DNA from: Alphaproteobacteria bacterium
GTDB taxonomy: Bacteria; Pseudomonadota; Alphaproteobacteria; UBA828
Length of the DNA stretch: 64,000 nt
Direction of reading: 5' to 3'
NCBI GenBank assembly: GCA_965220745.1
Contig: CBDCQT010000003.1
Coordinates: forward strand, 32,001 to 96,000
Position 1 is the first letter of the stretch, and every line of letters begins with the position of its first letter. The position numbers were made by a program, and so were the translations under genes. This document shows, one piece after another, positions 26,559 through 37,671 of the stretch. A model generated the notes under the pieces. That model did not search any database and had not been told where the DNA came from. It was given only the letters and a program-made list of their open reading frames with translations.

Positions 26559-26930
26559 GTGGAAACGATTTTGCTCGTGATCCTGATCATCATCGCGATT
26601 GCGATGATCGGGCTCGTGCTGCTTCAGCGGAGCGAGGGCGGCGCGCTCGGCATCGGTGGCCCCGGTGCGATGTTCTCGGCGCGCGGGACCGCGAACCTGC
26701 TGACGCGCGCGACGGCGGGACTGGCAGCGGCCTTCATGATCCTGAGCCTGGTATTGGCTATTCTCTCCGGCAGTTGGTCCGAGAAGGAATCGGTGCTGGA
26801 TACCGTGGAAGAAGATCCGCTGATCATCGAGGACGATCTCCCCCTGCCGGGCGAACTCGACCTGCCCACCGATATCGAACCGCTGGACCTGCTCGAGGAC
26901 GACCGCCCGGCCATCCCCCGCGCTGAATAG
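26559..26930 (+). CDS. secG: Preprotein translocase subunit SecG
   Basis: LVLLQRSEGGALG, NLLTRAT, two TM helices; follows tpiA. Confidence 0.93.
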   Translation: METILLVILIIIAIAMIGLVLLQRSEGGALGIGGPGAMFSARGTANLLTRATAGLAAAFMILSLVLAILSGSWSEKESVLDTVEEDPLIIEDDLPLPGELDLPTDIEPLDLLEDDRPAIPRAE

Positions 26931-27094
26931 CGTGCCGCGCTATACCGGGCGCGCTTCTGGGCCGGGCAGGTCATCCGGCGAGTTCGAAGAGATAGGCGTC
27001 AAGAATGGCCCATCAAGAGTACACTGCTCCCGCAGGGCGGGGCCTCGACGATGGAGGCGGGCAAGTGGACACTCAGCGCACCATGCAGGACGGC

Positions 27095-28153
27095 ATGCTC
27101 AAGTCAGCGCGGGTCTCCAACTATCGCGTTCTTGACGAGCTCTCCATCGATCACTTGAGTCGCGTCAATCTGATCGCGGGTCGCAACAATGCGGGAAAGA
27201 CGAGTCTGCTCGAAGCACTTTTCTTGTTGTCGGGGGCCGGTAATCCCCAGATGGCACTCAACTCGAACGTTATTCGTATGCCGGACTTGCCAATGTCTGG
27301 AACGCCGGAAATTTTGCGTGAAACTTACTGGAAGCCGATGTTCACCAAGCTCGATACCGATAGAGTCATCGAAATTGAGGGTGTGCACGCTATACGAGGC
27401 CCTCTAAACCTTCGGATGTTGCTGGAGCGGCCAACCGTCGTCGAGCTTCCTCTTGGAGACTCGAAAGAAATTTCGGCAAAGGACCTACACGGCGAACCAC
27501 CTTTTTTGCTTTCCTATAGAGGAGGCCCCGAGCCAGAGGTAGAGGGTCGTGTCAGGTATGCCGGACAGTCTATTCAGATTGACCAGCCCAACGTACCGGT
27601 GCCGTTTGATGCCGTGATTTTGCCGACGCAAGTTGTGAACCAACCGGATAATGCGGAACGCCTGAGCCGACTCAGGAAGCGTAAGCAGGATGCGCAGCTC
27701 TTCGCTGCCTTGAGGATAATCGAGCCGAGGCTGCAAAGCATCGAAGTCAATTCCGCAAGCGGCTTCCCCATGATATGGGGCGATATCGGCCTGCCCGAAC
27801 TCGTACCCTTAGCGATGATGGGTGAGGGCATGACCCGGCTCGCCCGGCTTGTATTGGCTATCGCGACCGTGCCGAGTGGCCTTGTGCTGGTGGACGAGAT
27901 TGAGACTGGCCTGCATCACACCGTCATGGGCGACGTTTGGCGTGCAATCGACGAGGCGGCAAAGCAGTTCGACACGCAGGTCGTCGCGACGACCCACAGT
28001 TACGAGTGCATTCGGGCTGCCCATGAGGCTCTCGGTAGTGGCGACGGTTTTCTACTTCACCGCTTGGAAGCTTCCGACGCGGGCAACCGCTGTGTTACGT
28101 ACCAGCCCGAGTCCATCGACGCTGCGATGCGCCATGACCTGGAGGTTCGTTGA
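27095..28153 (+). CDS. ABC-type ATPase (AAA_15/AAA_21-like)
   Basis: NYR, NLIAGRNNAGKTS (Walker A), MGEGM (signature), VLVDEIETGLH (Walker B), ATTHS; more A/T-ending codons than the flanks. Confidence 0.88.
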   Translation: MLKSARVSNYRVLDELSIDHLSRVNLIAGRNNAGKTSLLEALFLLSGAGNPQMALNSNVIRMPDLPMSGTPEILRETYWKPMFTKLDTDRVIEIEGVHAIRGPLNLRMLLERPTVVELPLGDSKEISAKDLHGEPPFLLSYRGGPEPEVEGRVRYAGQSIQIDQPNVPVPFDAVILPTQVVNQPDNAERLSRLRKRKQDAQLFAALRIIEPRLQSIEVNSASGFPMIWGDIGLPELVPLAMMGEGMTRLARLVLAIATVPSGLVLVDEIETGLHHTVMGDVWRAIDEAAKQFDTQVVATTHSYECIRAAHEALGSGDGFLLHRLEASDAGNRCVTYQPESIDAAMRHDLEVR

Positions 28154-28155
28154 GT

Positions 28156-28764
28156 ATGGCGCAGCCGACGCCGATTAGTAAGTCGATTCAACTTCTTGTT
28201 GAAGGAAAGGATCAACTGAATTTCTTTGAAGCGTTCATCCGACGTGTAGAGATCGAAAACGAGCTGCAGGTCCAAGATTTCGGTGGCGTTAGCGAGTTGC
28301 GGGGTTTCTTGCGCGCACTCGTCGATGCTCCAGGGTTCAATACGGTCGTCAGTGTGGGGATTATTCGCGACGCCGAGGAGAGTGCGGCGGGAGCGCGCCG
28401 AAGCGTTGAGAACTCGTTGCGGAATGCGGGACTTCCCGCGCCCGAAGACGCAAACGGCGGCGACGGACCGGCGGTACAATTGCTGATCTTGCCGGGAGGT
28501 AAGGAAGAACGAGGCATGCTGGAGACGCTTCTGTGTCGAAGTGTCGCGGATGAGCCCGTGAACGACTGCATTGATGATTTCTTTGGGTGCGCTGAAGCCA
28601 TGCTGGGCGTCGACATCCGTCGACCCGACAAGGCGCGCGCCCAAGCTTATCTGGCTACGCGGCCGGAGCCGCAAGTATCAGTCGGCGTGGCGGCACAGAA
28701 GGGCTATTGGCCACTGGATCACGGGGCTTTCGCTGAGGTGCGTGAATTCCTTGCGACGCTGTAG
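28156..28764 (+). CDS. TOPRIM-fold protein (DUF3226-like)
   Basis: LLVEGKDQ (TOPRIM Glu), GIIRDAEE (DxD-like), GMLETL, KGYW; adjacent to the ATPase stop. Confidence 0.72.
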   Translation: MAQPTPISKSIQLLVEGKDQLNFFEAFIRRVEIENELQVQDFGGVSELRGFLRALVDAPGFNTVVSVGIIRDAEESAAGARRSVENSLRNAGLPAPEDANGGDGPAVQLLILPGGKEERGMLETLLCRSVADEPVNDCIDDFFGCAEAMLGVDIRRPDKARAQAYLATRPEPQVSVGVAAQKGYWPLDHGAFAEVREFLATL

Positions 28765-28852
28765 GGCGCCGCGGCCGCTGGCGGGGCCGGCGGGGACGAA
28801 CCAAATAATCTGCATGCGGGTGGTGGCGACTCGGGTGCGTTTGATAAGGTAG

Positions 28853-30487
<1,635 letters not shown>

Positions 30488-30516
30488 AGTCGATCCGGGA
30501 ACGCAGCGAGGGCGAT

Positions 30517-31356
30517 GTGAGCGAGACGCCCGCCTCCGGCCGGGTGGCGATCGGCGACTTCGAGGTGGGTAACGCGCTGCCGCTCGCGCTCATCGCGGGC
30601 CCCTGCGCCATCGAGGGGCGCGACCACGCGCTCCGGGTCTCGGAGACGCTGGTGGAGATGACGGCGGCGCGGGGCATGCCGTTCGTCTACAAGAGCTCCT
30701 TCGACAAGGCTAACCGCACCTCGGCCGGGAGCCCGCGCGGCATCGGCATCGACGAGGGGCTCGCGATCCTGGAGGCGGTGCGCGAGGCCCACGGCTGCCC
30801 GGTGCTGACCGACGTGCACCTGCCAGAGCAGTGCGCGGCGGTGGCGCAGGCGGTGGACGTGCTCCAGATCCCGGCGTTCCTCTGCCGCCAGACCGACCTG
30901 CTGCTGGCGGCGGCGGCCACCGGCAAGGCCATCAACGTGAAGAAGGGCCAGTTTCTCGCGCCCTGGGACATGCGCCACGTGGTGGCGAAGATCGCCGACG
31001 CCGGCAATCGCCGGGTGCTGGTGTGCGAGCGGGGGGCGAGCTTCGGCTACAACACGCTGGTCTCGGACATGCGGAGCTTGCCGCTCTTGGCGGAGACCGG
31101 CTGCCCGGTGGTGTTCGACGCCACCCATTCGGTGCAGCAGCCGGGCGGACAGGGCTCGTCGAGCGGCGGGCAGCGGGAGTTCGTGCCCGTGCTTGCGCGG
31201 GCGGCGGTTGCGGTCGGCGTCGCGGCGGTGTTTATGGAGGCTCACCCGGCGCCCGAGGAGGCGCCCTCCGACGGCCCCAACATGGTGCCGCTGGATGCCC
31301 TGCCCGCGCTGCTCGACCGGCTGCTCGCCTTCGACGCGCTGGCCAAGAACTCGTGA
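30517..31356 (+). CDS. kdsA: KDO8P synthase
   Basis: [40 protein letters not shown]; GTG 30517. Confidence 0.96.
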   Translation: MSETPASGRVAIGDFEVGNALPLALIAGPCAIEGRDHALRVSETLVEMTAARGMPFVYKSSFDKANRTSAGSPRGIGIDEGLAILEAVREAHGCPVLTDVHLPEQCAAVAQAVDVLQIPAFLCRQTDLLLAAAATGKAINVKKGQFLAPWDMRHVVAKIADAGNRRVLVCERGASFGYNTLVSDMRSLPLLAETGCPVVFDATHSVQQPGGQGSSSGGQREFVPVLARAAVAVGVAAVFMEAHPAPEEAPSDGPNMVPLDALPALLDRLLAFDALAKNS

Positions 31357-31367
31357 GGGAGAGAGCG

Positions 31368-32267
31368 ATGAGCGAGGGATGCGTGTTCATCGGCGGTGAG
31401 TACGTCGCGCCCGAGGACGCCAAGATGTCGATCTTCGACGCGGGCTTCGTCTGGAGCGATACGGTCTACGACGTGACTTCCACCTGGGCCGGCTGGTTCT
31501 TCATGCTGGACGAGCACCTGGAGCGTTTCGCGCGCTCCTGCGCGGGCTTCCGGCTGGAGAACCCCTATAGCGCCGACGAGATGCGCGGCATTCTCGCCGA
31601 ATGTGTGGCGCGGACCGGGCTCGACAACTGCTACGTGAAGATCCAGCTCACCCGCGGCGTGATCCAGAGCCAGACCCGCGATCCGCGCCTCGGGTCCCCG
31701 GAATTCGTGGCCTATGCCACGCCTTACGCCTGGATCTGGGGCGAGGAGAAGTGCCGTAACGGGGCAGCGCTCTACTTGAGCGGCGTCGAGCGGGTCTCGT
31801 CCAAGGCGATCGACGCCCGCTACAAGAACTACAACCGGGCGGACTTCGTACAGGCCCGCTTCGAGGCCTATGACAACGGCTGTGACGACGCGATCCTGGT
31901 GGGGGCCGACGGCTCGCTCACCGAAGGGCCGGGCTACAACATCTTCGTCGTACGCGACGGCGCGGTAGCATCGCCCGACGCCAACGTGCTGGAGGGGATC
32001 ACGCGGCGCTCAGTCGCCGAGCTCTGCGACGAGGAGGGTATTCCCTTCGCCTACCGCCGGGTGGAGCCGGAGGAGCTTGGCGAGGCCGACGAGCTCTTTG
32101 CGAGCACCACGGCGGGCGGTGTGATGCCGGTGGTGCGGCTCGGCGACAAGCCCATCGGCAACGGCCATGCGGGGCTCGTCACCAGCCGCATCCAGTCCCG
32201 CTATTGGCAGAAGCGCGAGGAGGGCTGGCACGGCACGCGGGTGGAGGACATTCGCAAGGCTGCTTAG
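31368..32267 (+). CDS. Fold-type IV PLP aminotransferase, (R)-amine transaminase-like
   Basis: SIFDAGFVWSDTVYDV, DEHLERF, catalytic KNYNRAD, TEGPGYNIF, VLEGITR, STTAGG. Confidence 0.85.
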   Translation: MSEGCVFIGGEYVAPEDAKMSIFDAGFVWSDTVYDVTSTWAGWFFMLDEHLERFARSCAGFRLENPYSADEMRGILAECVARTGLDNCYVKIQLTRGVIQSQTRDPRLGSPEFVAYATPYAWIWGEEKCRNGAALYLSGVERVSSKAIDARYKNYNRADFVQARFEAYDNGCDDAILVGADGSLTEGPGYNIFVVRDGAVASPDANVLEGITRRSVAELCDEEGIPFAYRRVEPEELGEADELFASTTAGGVMPVVRLGDKPIGNGHAGLVTSRIQSRYWQKREEGWHGTRVEDIRKAA

Positions 32268-32295
32268 GCGGGTCGGGGTCGATCCTTGCGGACCT

Positions 32296-32463
32296 GACTT
32301 AATCATTTCCCTCAACGGCGGGCGCTCGCTCCGCTCGCTTGCCTACGCGCTACGCGCGCGGCGCATTCGCGCCGTCCGGGCCTGCGGCCCGGTTCGCATC
32401 ATTGGCAATTTCCTCGTCTGTTGCCGGTAACTCGCCCCTGACCATGGTGCGGTGCACGGCGCG
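32296..32463 (+). repeat. Modular intergenic repeat, copy A
   Basis: GACTTAATCATTTCCCTCAACGGCGGGCGCTC...ATGGTGCGGTGCACGGCGCG; colinear with the reverse complement of 53259-53531. Confidence 0.85.
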
Positions 32464-32512
32464 AGCCCGGCGTATCAGCATCATTCTATGCGAAAAGGAA
32501 AAAACACCCCCA

Positions 32513-32612
32513 CCTCACCCCGACCCTCTCCGCCCCAGGGGCGGAGAGGGAGAGCAAGCCGGCGCAGCCACGTCCCCCCTCCGCCTTCGGGGGAGGACAG
32601 GGGGAAGTGGGC
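32513..32612. repeat. Alphaproteobacterial REP-like GC palindrome pair
   Basis: CCTCACCCCGA-CCCTCTCCGCCCC-A-GGGGCGGAGAGGG, followed by a degenerate partner CCTCCGCC-TTCG-GGGGAGG. Confidence 0.7.
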
Positions 32613-32807
32613 TCATCGGCTGCGCTACTCTTTTCCGCGCCCGCGACCCTCGGGTGCGGGTGGGACGCGCGTGCAGGACATCGCAGTTATCCCGCTTAAT
32701 CCCGGCGCATCTCGCTAGAAAAATTGTGTGTCCGTCTCACCGTGCGGCGCAGACACCGTGCGAGACGGACGGCAGAGCCGGGTCCGGATGCCAGCGCACC
32801 GTGCGGG

Positions 32808-33797
32808 TCAGTTGTCGACGTAGTCCTCGATGTACTGGCGCACCACCTCGTCGAGCGGCGGGTTCTGGGGCAGGCCGAGGCCGGCCGCGCGGTCGGCCTT
32901 CGCGTAGGCCGGCCAGGAGCCAACCAGCCTTTGGATCGCCGCATCGGGCGCGTCGATGACGGCGCCGAGCCTGCGGCCCGCGCCCACGCGCTCCAGCGCT
33001 GCTACCATCTCGCCTGCCGTCGCCGAGAAGGAGGGCAGGTTGATGGTGCGGTCGTCGCCGAGGTCCGCGCTCGGCACCTCGTGGAGGGCGACCAGGCTGT
33101 CGACGATCGTGCGGTAGCCGCCGAGGACGATGCGCGTGTCCCGGCTCACCGGGAGCTCGTGGTCGATGCCGGCCAGCGGCTCGCGGAAGAGACCGCTGGC
33201 GAAGCCGGAGGCCGCCTTGTTGGGCTTGCCGGGCCGCACGATCACGGTGGGCGGCCTGCCGCCGCGGCCATCCAGATAGCCCTTGCGGGTGTAATCGGCC
33301 ACCAGGTGCTCGTTGATGACCTTGGTCACGCCGTAGGTGCCCTGCGGCGTAATCTTGGTCGTGTCGGAGACGGTTTCAGGGAGCACGCTGCCGCCGTAGA
33401 CCGCGATGCTGCTGGTGAAGACGAGGCGCGGCAGCCCCGGTGCGGCGCGGCAGGCGTCGAGGACGTTGAGGCCGCCGGTGAGGTTGACAGCCAGCGCCAG
33501 GTCGAAGTCCTGCTCGGCGCCGGCGCTGACCACCGAGGCGAAGTGGAAGACCGAGAGCGAGTCGCCCGCGATGAGCGCGCGCACGGTTTCGCCGTCAGAG
33601 ACATCGCCGGCGACCATCTCGACCCGCTCGTCGTCGAGGCCGGCGGGTGGCTGTTCGGGCACGACGGCATCGAAGAGGATCATCTCGTCGATCCGCTCCT
33701 GCTCGCCCGAGGCGCCGATCAGCGTTCCCTTGTCGAGCAGCGTCCGCGCCAGTCTCAGCCCGAGAAAGCCCAGGCCCCCCGTAATCACCACCTTCAT
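32808..33797 (-). CDS. Extended SDR, D-erythronate dehydrogenase (DenD)-like
   Basis: VVITGGLGFLG, FHFASVVS..AEQDFDL, FTSSIAVYG, YGVTK, VRPGKPNKAASGF. Confidence 0.8.
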   Translation of the reverse strand: MKVVITGGLGFLGLRLARTLLDKGTLIGASGEQERIDEMILFDAVVPEQPPAGLDDERVEMVAGDVSDGETVRALIAGDSLSVFHFASVVSAGAEQDFDLALAVNLTGGLNVLDACRAAPGLPRLVFTSSIAVYGGSVLPETVSDTTKITPQGTYGVTKVINEHLVADYTRKGYLDGRGGRPPTVIVRPGKPNKAASGFASGLFREPLAGIDHELPVSRDTRIVLGGYRTIVDSLVALHEVPSADLGDDRTINLPSFSATAGEMVAALERVGAGRRLGAVIDAPDAAIQRLVGSWPAYAKADRAAGLGLPQNPPLDEVVRQYIEDYVDN

Positions 33798-33949
33798 GCG
33801 TTCTCTCCCTCCACTCGGTCTGCGTCCGCGTGCAACATATCCTATTGGCAGGGCGCGCCGGTATGCGGATGATAGGCCCCGGACTATGCCTCCCGCCGCG
33901 CAACTGTGCGGCGGGGCAGGGAAGCACAGCGGGGCGATGGGGGGCTTGA

Positions 33950-35098
33950 ATGACCACGTCGGCGGCACTTGGGCCGAACGAGTCTCTGATCGACGAGCGC
34001 GAGTCTCGGGCCCGCCTGATCACGCCCGCTCTCGTGCTCGATCTCGACGCGATGGAGCGCAACATCGCGACCATGGCGGCCTACGCGGCGGAGCAGGGCG
34101 TCGCGGTCCGCCCCCACGCCAAGACCCACAAGAGCGTGCAGATCGCGCGCCGCCAGCTGGACGCCGGCGCGTTGGGTATCTGCTGCGCCACGCTGGGGGA
34201 AGCGGAGGCGCTGGCGGCGGGGGAAATCGGGGGGCTGCTCATCACCTCGCCGGTCGTGGCGCCCGCCAAGATCAACCGCCTCATGGCGCTCCGCCGGGAC
34301 CACCAATCGCTCATGGTCGTGGCCGACGACATGGATAACCTGCGCGCTCTCGAAGCCGCTGCGGCCGCGTCCGGGTTCGTGCTGGACGTGGTGATCGATG
34401 TCGATGTCGGGCTGCACCGCACCGGCACGCGCGACGCGGAGACGGCGGCGGCGCTCGCCGAGGAGGCGGACGCGAGCGAGAGCCTGCGCTTCTGTGGGCT
34501 TCAAGGGTATGCCGGGCACGTCCAGCACATCGAGGATTTTGGCGACCGCCGCGCGACCTCTCACGGCGATCTGGCGCCGCTGCGCGAGGCCCGCGACCGG
34601 CTCGTTGAGCAGGGCATCGCGGTGCCCATCGTCTCGGGCGCCGGCACCGGCACCCACGACATCGACACGGAGATCGGGCTGATGACCGAGCTCCAGGTCG
34701 GATCCTACGTGGTGATGGATGTCGAGTACCTCGACGTTCAGGCGCGCGATAGCGGCGAGTGGCGCTTCGAGCCCGCGCTCTTCGTCCGCTCGACGGTGGT
34801 TTCCGCCAGCCACGACGGCAGCGCGACCATGGATGCCGGCCTCAAGTGCTTCGCCACCGACGGGCCGCTGCCGCGCTTCCACACCGGCGTGCCCATCGGC
34901 GCGCACTACGAGCATTTCGGCGACGAGCACGGGCGCATCGTCTTTGCCAGTGCCAACGAACGGCTCAGGATCGGCGCGGCGCTGGAGTGCATCGTGCCGC
35001 ACTGCGACCCGACCGTGAATCTCTACGACCACTACCACTGCGTTCGTGGCGAGACCCTGGTCGACATCTGGCCGATCGAGGCCCGCGGCCGCCACTAG
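33950..35098 (+). CDS. DSD1-family PLP enzyme (D-threonine aldolase / 3-hydroxy-D-aspartate aldolase-like)
   Basis: TPALVLD, RPHAKTHKS, GLQGYAGH, ELQVGSY, DEHG, VPHCDPTVNL. Confidence 0.85.
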   Translation: MTTSAALGPNESLIDERESRARLITPALVLDLDAMERNIATMAAYAAEQGVAVRPHAKTHKSVQIARRQLDAGALGICCATLGEAEALAAGEIGGLLITSPVVAPAKINRLMALRRDHQSLMVVADDMDNLRALEAAAAASGFVLDVVIDVDVGLHRTGTRDAETAAALAEEADASESLRFCGLQGYAGHVQHIEDFGDRRATSHGDLAPLREARDRLVEQGIAVPIVSGAGTGTHDIDTEIGLMTELQVGSYVVMDVEYLDVQARDSGEWRFEPALFVRSTVVSASHDGSATMDAGLKCFATDGPLPRFHTGVPIGAHYEHFGDEHGRIVFASANERLRIGAALECIVPHCDPTVNLYDHYHCVRGETLVDIWPIEARGRH

Positions 35099-35107
35099 AG
35101 AAGAGCC

Positions 35108-36211
35108 ATGGCGTCAATCACGCTTGCCAGCCTGACGAAGCGCTTCGGCGACCTCACTGCGGTCGCCTCCCTCGATCTTGAAATCAGGGACAAGGAGTTC
35201 GTGGCCCTGCTCGGGCCGTCGGGCTGCGGCAAGACCACGACGATGAACATGATTGCCGGCATCGAGACGCCGTCCGACGGGCAAATCCTCTTCGATGGCC
35301 GCGACATGCGCACGGTGCCGGCCAGCCGGCGCAAGGTCGGCTTTGTGTTTCAGAACTACGCCATCTTCACTCATCTTTCGGTGCGCGAGAATCTGGCGTT
35401 TGGGCTGAAGGTGCGGGGCGTGCCCAAGGCCGAGGTCCAGCGCCGCGTGGCTGCCATGTCTCAGCTCATGCGCCTCGAAGACCGCATCGATTGGCCCACC
35501 GCCAAGCTCAGCGTCAACGAGCTGCAAAAGGTCGCGATCGGCCGCTCTGCCATCACCGAGCCCGAAATCTTCTTGCTGGACGAGCCGCTGAGCAATCTCG
35601 ATGCAGCCTTCCGGGCCTTCATGCGGACCGAGCTCAAGCACCTGCAGCACCAGTTCCAGCAGACCATGGTCTACGTCACCCACGACCAGATCGAGGCGAT
35701 GAGCCTCGCCGACCGGATCGCCGTGATGGATCTGGGCGTGCTGCAGCAGTACGGCTCGCCCATCGAGGTCTACAACGAGCCCCGCAACGTCTTCGTCGCC
35801 AACTTCATGGGTAGCCCCAGCATGAATCTGGTGCCGTGTACGCTCTCCGGCGGAGACGGCAGCTATGCGCTTGATTTCGGCGAAGGTGGCAGCGCGGCCG
35901 TGGAAGACGGCGCGCTCAAGCGGCGCTGCGATGCGGCGCGGGATGCCGAGCTGATTTTCGGCGCGCGGCCTGAGGACCTCGAGATCGAGCCGCCGGGCCA
36001 CACCGCCCCCGGCATCGAGGCGACCGTGACGTTCGTCGAGCCCATCGGCCCGCGCACCATCGTTCATCTCGCCGCCGGCGAGCGCCGACTGAAGATCGCC
36101 GAGGGCAAGCAGTACGGCATCGAGCTTGGCGCCCCGGTCAAGGCGGTGCTGCCGCCAGGTAAGTGCCACCTGTTCGATGCGGAAACGGGCGAGGCGCTGG
36201 GTCGCGCCTAG
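35108..36211 (+). CDS. Carbohydrate-type ABC transporter ATPase (degenerate signature)
   Basis: GPSGCGKT, VFQNYA, LSVNELQ in place of LSGGQ, DEPLSNLD, YVTHDQ. Confidence 0.88.
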   Translation: MASITLASLTKRFGDLTAVASLDLEIRDKEFVALLGPSGCGKTTTMNMIAGIETPSDGQILFDGRDMRTVPASRRKVGFVFQNYAIFTHLSVRENLAFGLKVRGVPKAEVQRRVAAMSQLMRLEDRIDWPTAKLSVNELQKVAIGRSAITEPEIFLLDEPLSNLDAAFRAFMRTELKHLQHQFQQTMVYVTHDQIEAMSLADRIAVMDLGVLQQYGSPIEVYNEPRNVFVANFMGSPSMNLVPCTLSGGDGSYALDFGEGGSAAVEDGALKRRCDAARDAELIFGARPEDLEIEPPGHTAPGIEATVTFVEPIGPRTIVHLAAGERRLKIAEGKQYGIELGAPVKAVLPPGKCHLFDAETGEALGRA

Positions 36212-36259
36212 AGCGGCCCGCCCTCCGTCACTCGCCTAGGGGAGAGCTCCGACAACGCC

Positions 36260-37333
36260 ATGGCACAGCTCGAGCTGAGGAACACGAGCAAGTCCTACGG
36301 CAAGACCGTCGCCGTGAAGGACATCGAACTCGTTGTCGAGGACAACGAGTTCTTCTGCATCTTCGGCCCGCCGAGCTCGGGCAAGACGACGATCCTGCGC
36401 CTGCTGCTCGGGCTGGTAGCGCCGGACGAGGGCGAGATCATCATCGGCGACGAGCCCGTCGTCGATCAGGGGCCGAAGGAGCGCAATCTGGCGATGGTGT
36501 TCCAGAACCTCGCGCTCTTCCCACATATGACCGCGGGGCAGAACCTCGCCTTCCCGCTGGTGGAGCGGAAGCTGGAGAAGGCCGCGATCAAGGCGCGGGT
36601 GGTCGAGGTGGCGGAGACCCTGCACATCACGCCGCTGCTCGACAAGATGCCGGCACACCTGAGCGGGGGCGAGCGCCAACGCGTCGCCATCGGCCGGGCG
36701 CTCGTGCGCGACCCTGCAGCCTTCCTCATGGACGAGCCGATCGCCGCGCTCGATGCCAGGCTCCGCGAGGAGATGCGCGTCGAGCTCAAGCGCCTCCAAC
36801 GCGAGCTGCACCACACCATCGTGTATGTCACCCACGACCAGGAGGAGGCGATGTCGATCGCCGATCGCATCGCAGTTATGGAGGAAGGCGAGATCCGCCA
36901 GGTGGGCACGCCGGCCGAGATCTACAACCTGCCGAACAGCCGCTACGTGGCGGAGCTGATCGGCGCGCCGCCGATGAACTTCGTCCACGGCACGCTCGCG
37001 AACGGTGGCCGGTTTGAGGGGCGTGACGTGCCGTTTTCGATCACGTTGGAGGGTGCCGAGGGGGAAGGGCCCGCGGCCCTCGCCGTGCGGCCGGAGGACC
37101 TGGGGATCGGTGCGGCCGGTGCCAGCGGTGGGGTCGAGGCCGCCATCTACGAGGTCGAGCCGCTCGGCGCTTTTACCATCGTCGATGTCAGCGTGGGTGA
37201 GCAGATTCTCAAGGTGCAGGCGCCGGGCCAGCCGCAGTTCACCCTTGGCGAGCGGGTGAACCTCGCGGTCGATCCCGACCGCTGCCACCTCTTCCACGGC
37301 GAGACCGGCGAACTCATCCGCTCCGCCCGCTGA
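36260..37333 (+). CDS. Carbohydrate-type ABC transporter ATPase
   Basis: GPPSSGKT, LSGGERQR, MDEP, YVTHDQ, TOBE-like C-terminus. Confidence 0.88.
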   Translation: MAQLELRNTSKSYGKTVAVKDIELVVEDNEFFCIFGPPSSGKTTILRLLLGLVAPDEGEIIIGDEPVVDQGPKERNLAMVFQNLALFPHMTAGQNLAFPLVERKLEKAAIKARVVEVAETLHITPLLDKMPAHLSGGERQRVAIGRALVRDPAAFLMDEPIAALDARLREEMRVELKRLQRELHHTIVYVTHDQEEAMSIADRIAVMEEGEIRQVGTPAEIYNLPNSRYVAELIGAPPMNFVHGTLANGGRFEGRDVPFSITLEGAEGEGPAALAVRPEDLGIGAAGASGGVEAAIYEVEPLGAFTIVDVSVGEQILKVQAPGQPQFTLGERVNLAVDPDRCHLFHGETGELIRSAR

Positions 37334-37413
37334 AGGGCGCGTCGGCATTGCCGGCGGCGTGATTGCTGCGCTAGGGTAGAAAGTACGATGCAGTTTCTAC
37401 CCTGGTGGAGACA

Positions 37414-37671
37414 ATGAGCCTCAACATCAAGAACGACGAGACTTGCCAGCTGGCCCGCGAGCTCGCGCAGCTCACTGGCGAGAGCATGACCGGGGCCATC
37501 ACCGTCGCGCTCCGCGAGCGGCTGGAGCGGGAGAAGCACGAGCGCAGCGTGGAGCAACGCGTGAAGAAGATACGCGCGATCGCCGAGCGTTGCGCCAGGA
37601 ATCTCAAGCCTGGACCTTCTGCCGTGGAGCACGGCGACCTGCTCTATGATGAGCGGGGTCTGCCCAAGTGA
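37414..37671 (+). CDS. vapB: VapB antitoxin (Rv0623-like)
   Basis: MSLNIKNDE..QLARELA..TGESMT.AI..ALRERL, C-terminal LYDERGLP; GTGA overlap with vapC. Confidence 0.88.
   Translation: MSLNIKNDETCQLARELAQLTGESMTGAITVALRERLEREKHERSVEQRVKKIRAIAERCARNLKPGPSAVEHGDLLYDERGLPK

Noticed and set aside
32732-32806. CACCGTGCG three times near the denD-like stop
   Set aside because: Short, GC-rich and irregularly spaced; could be chance or part of a terminator hairpin.
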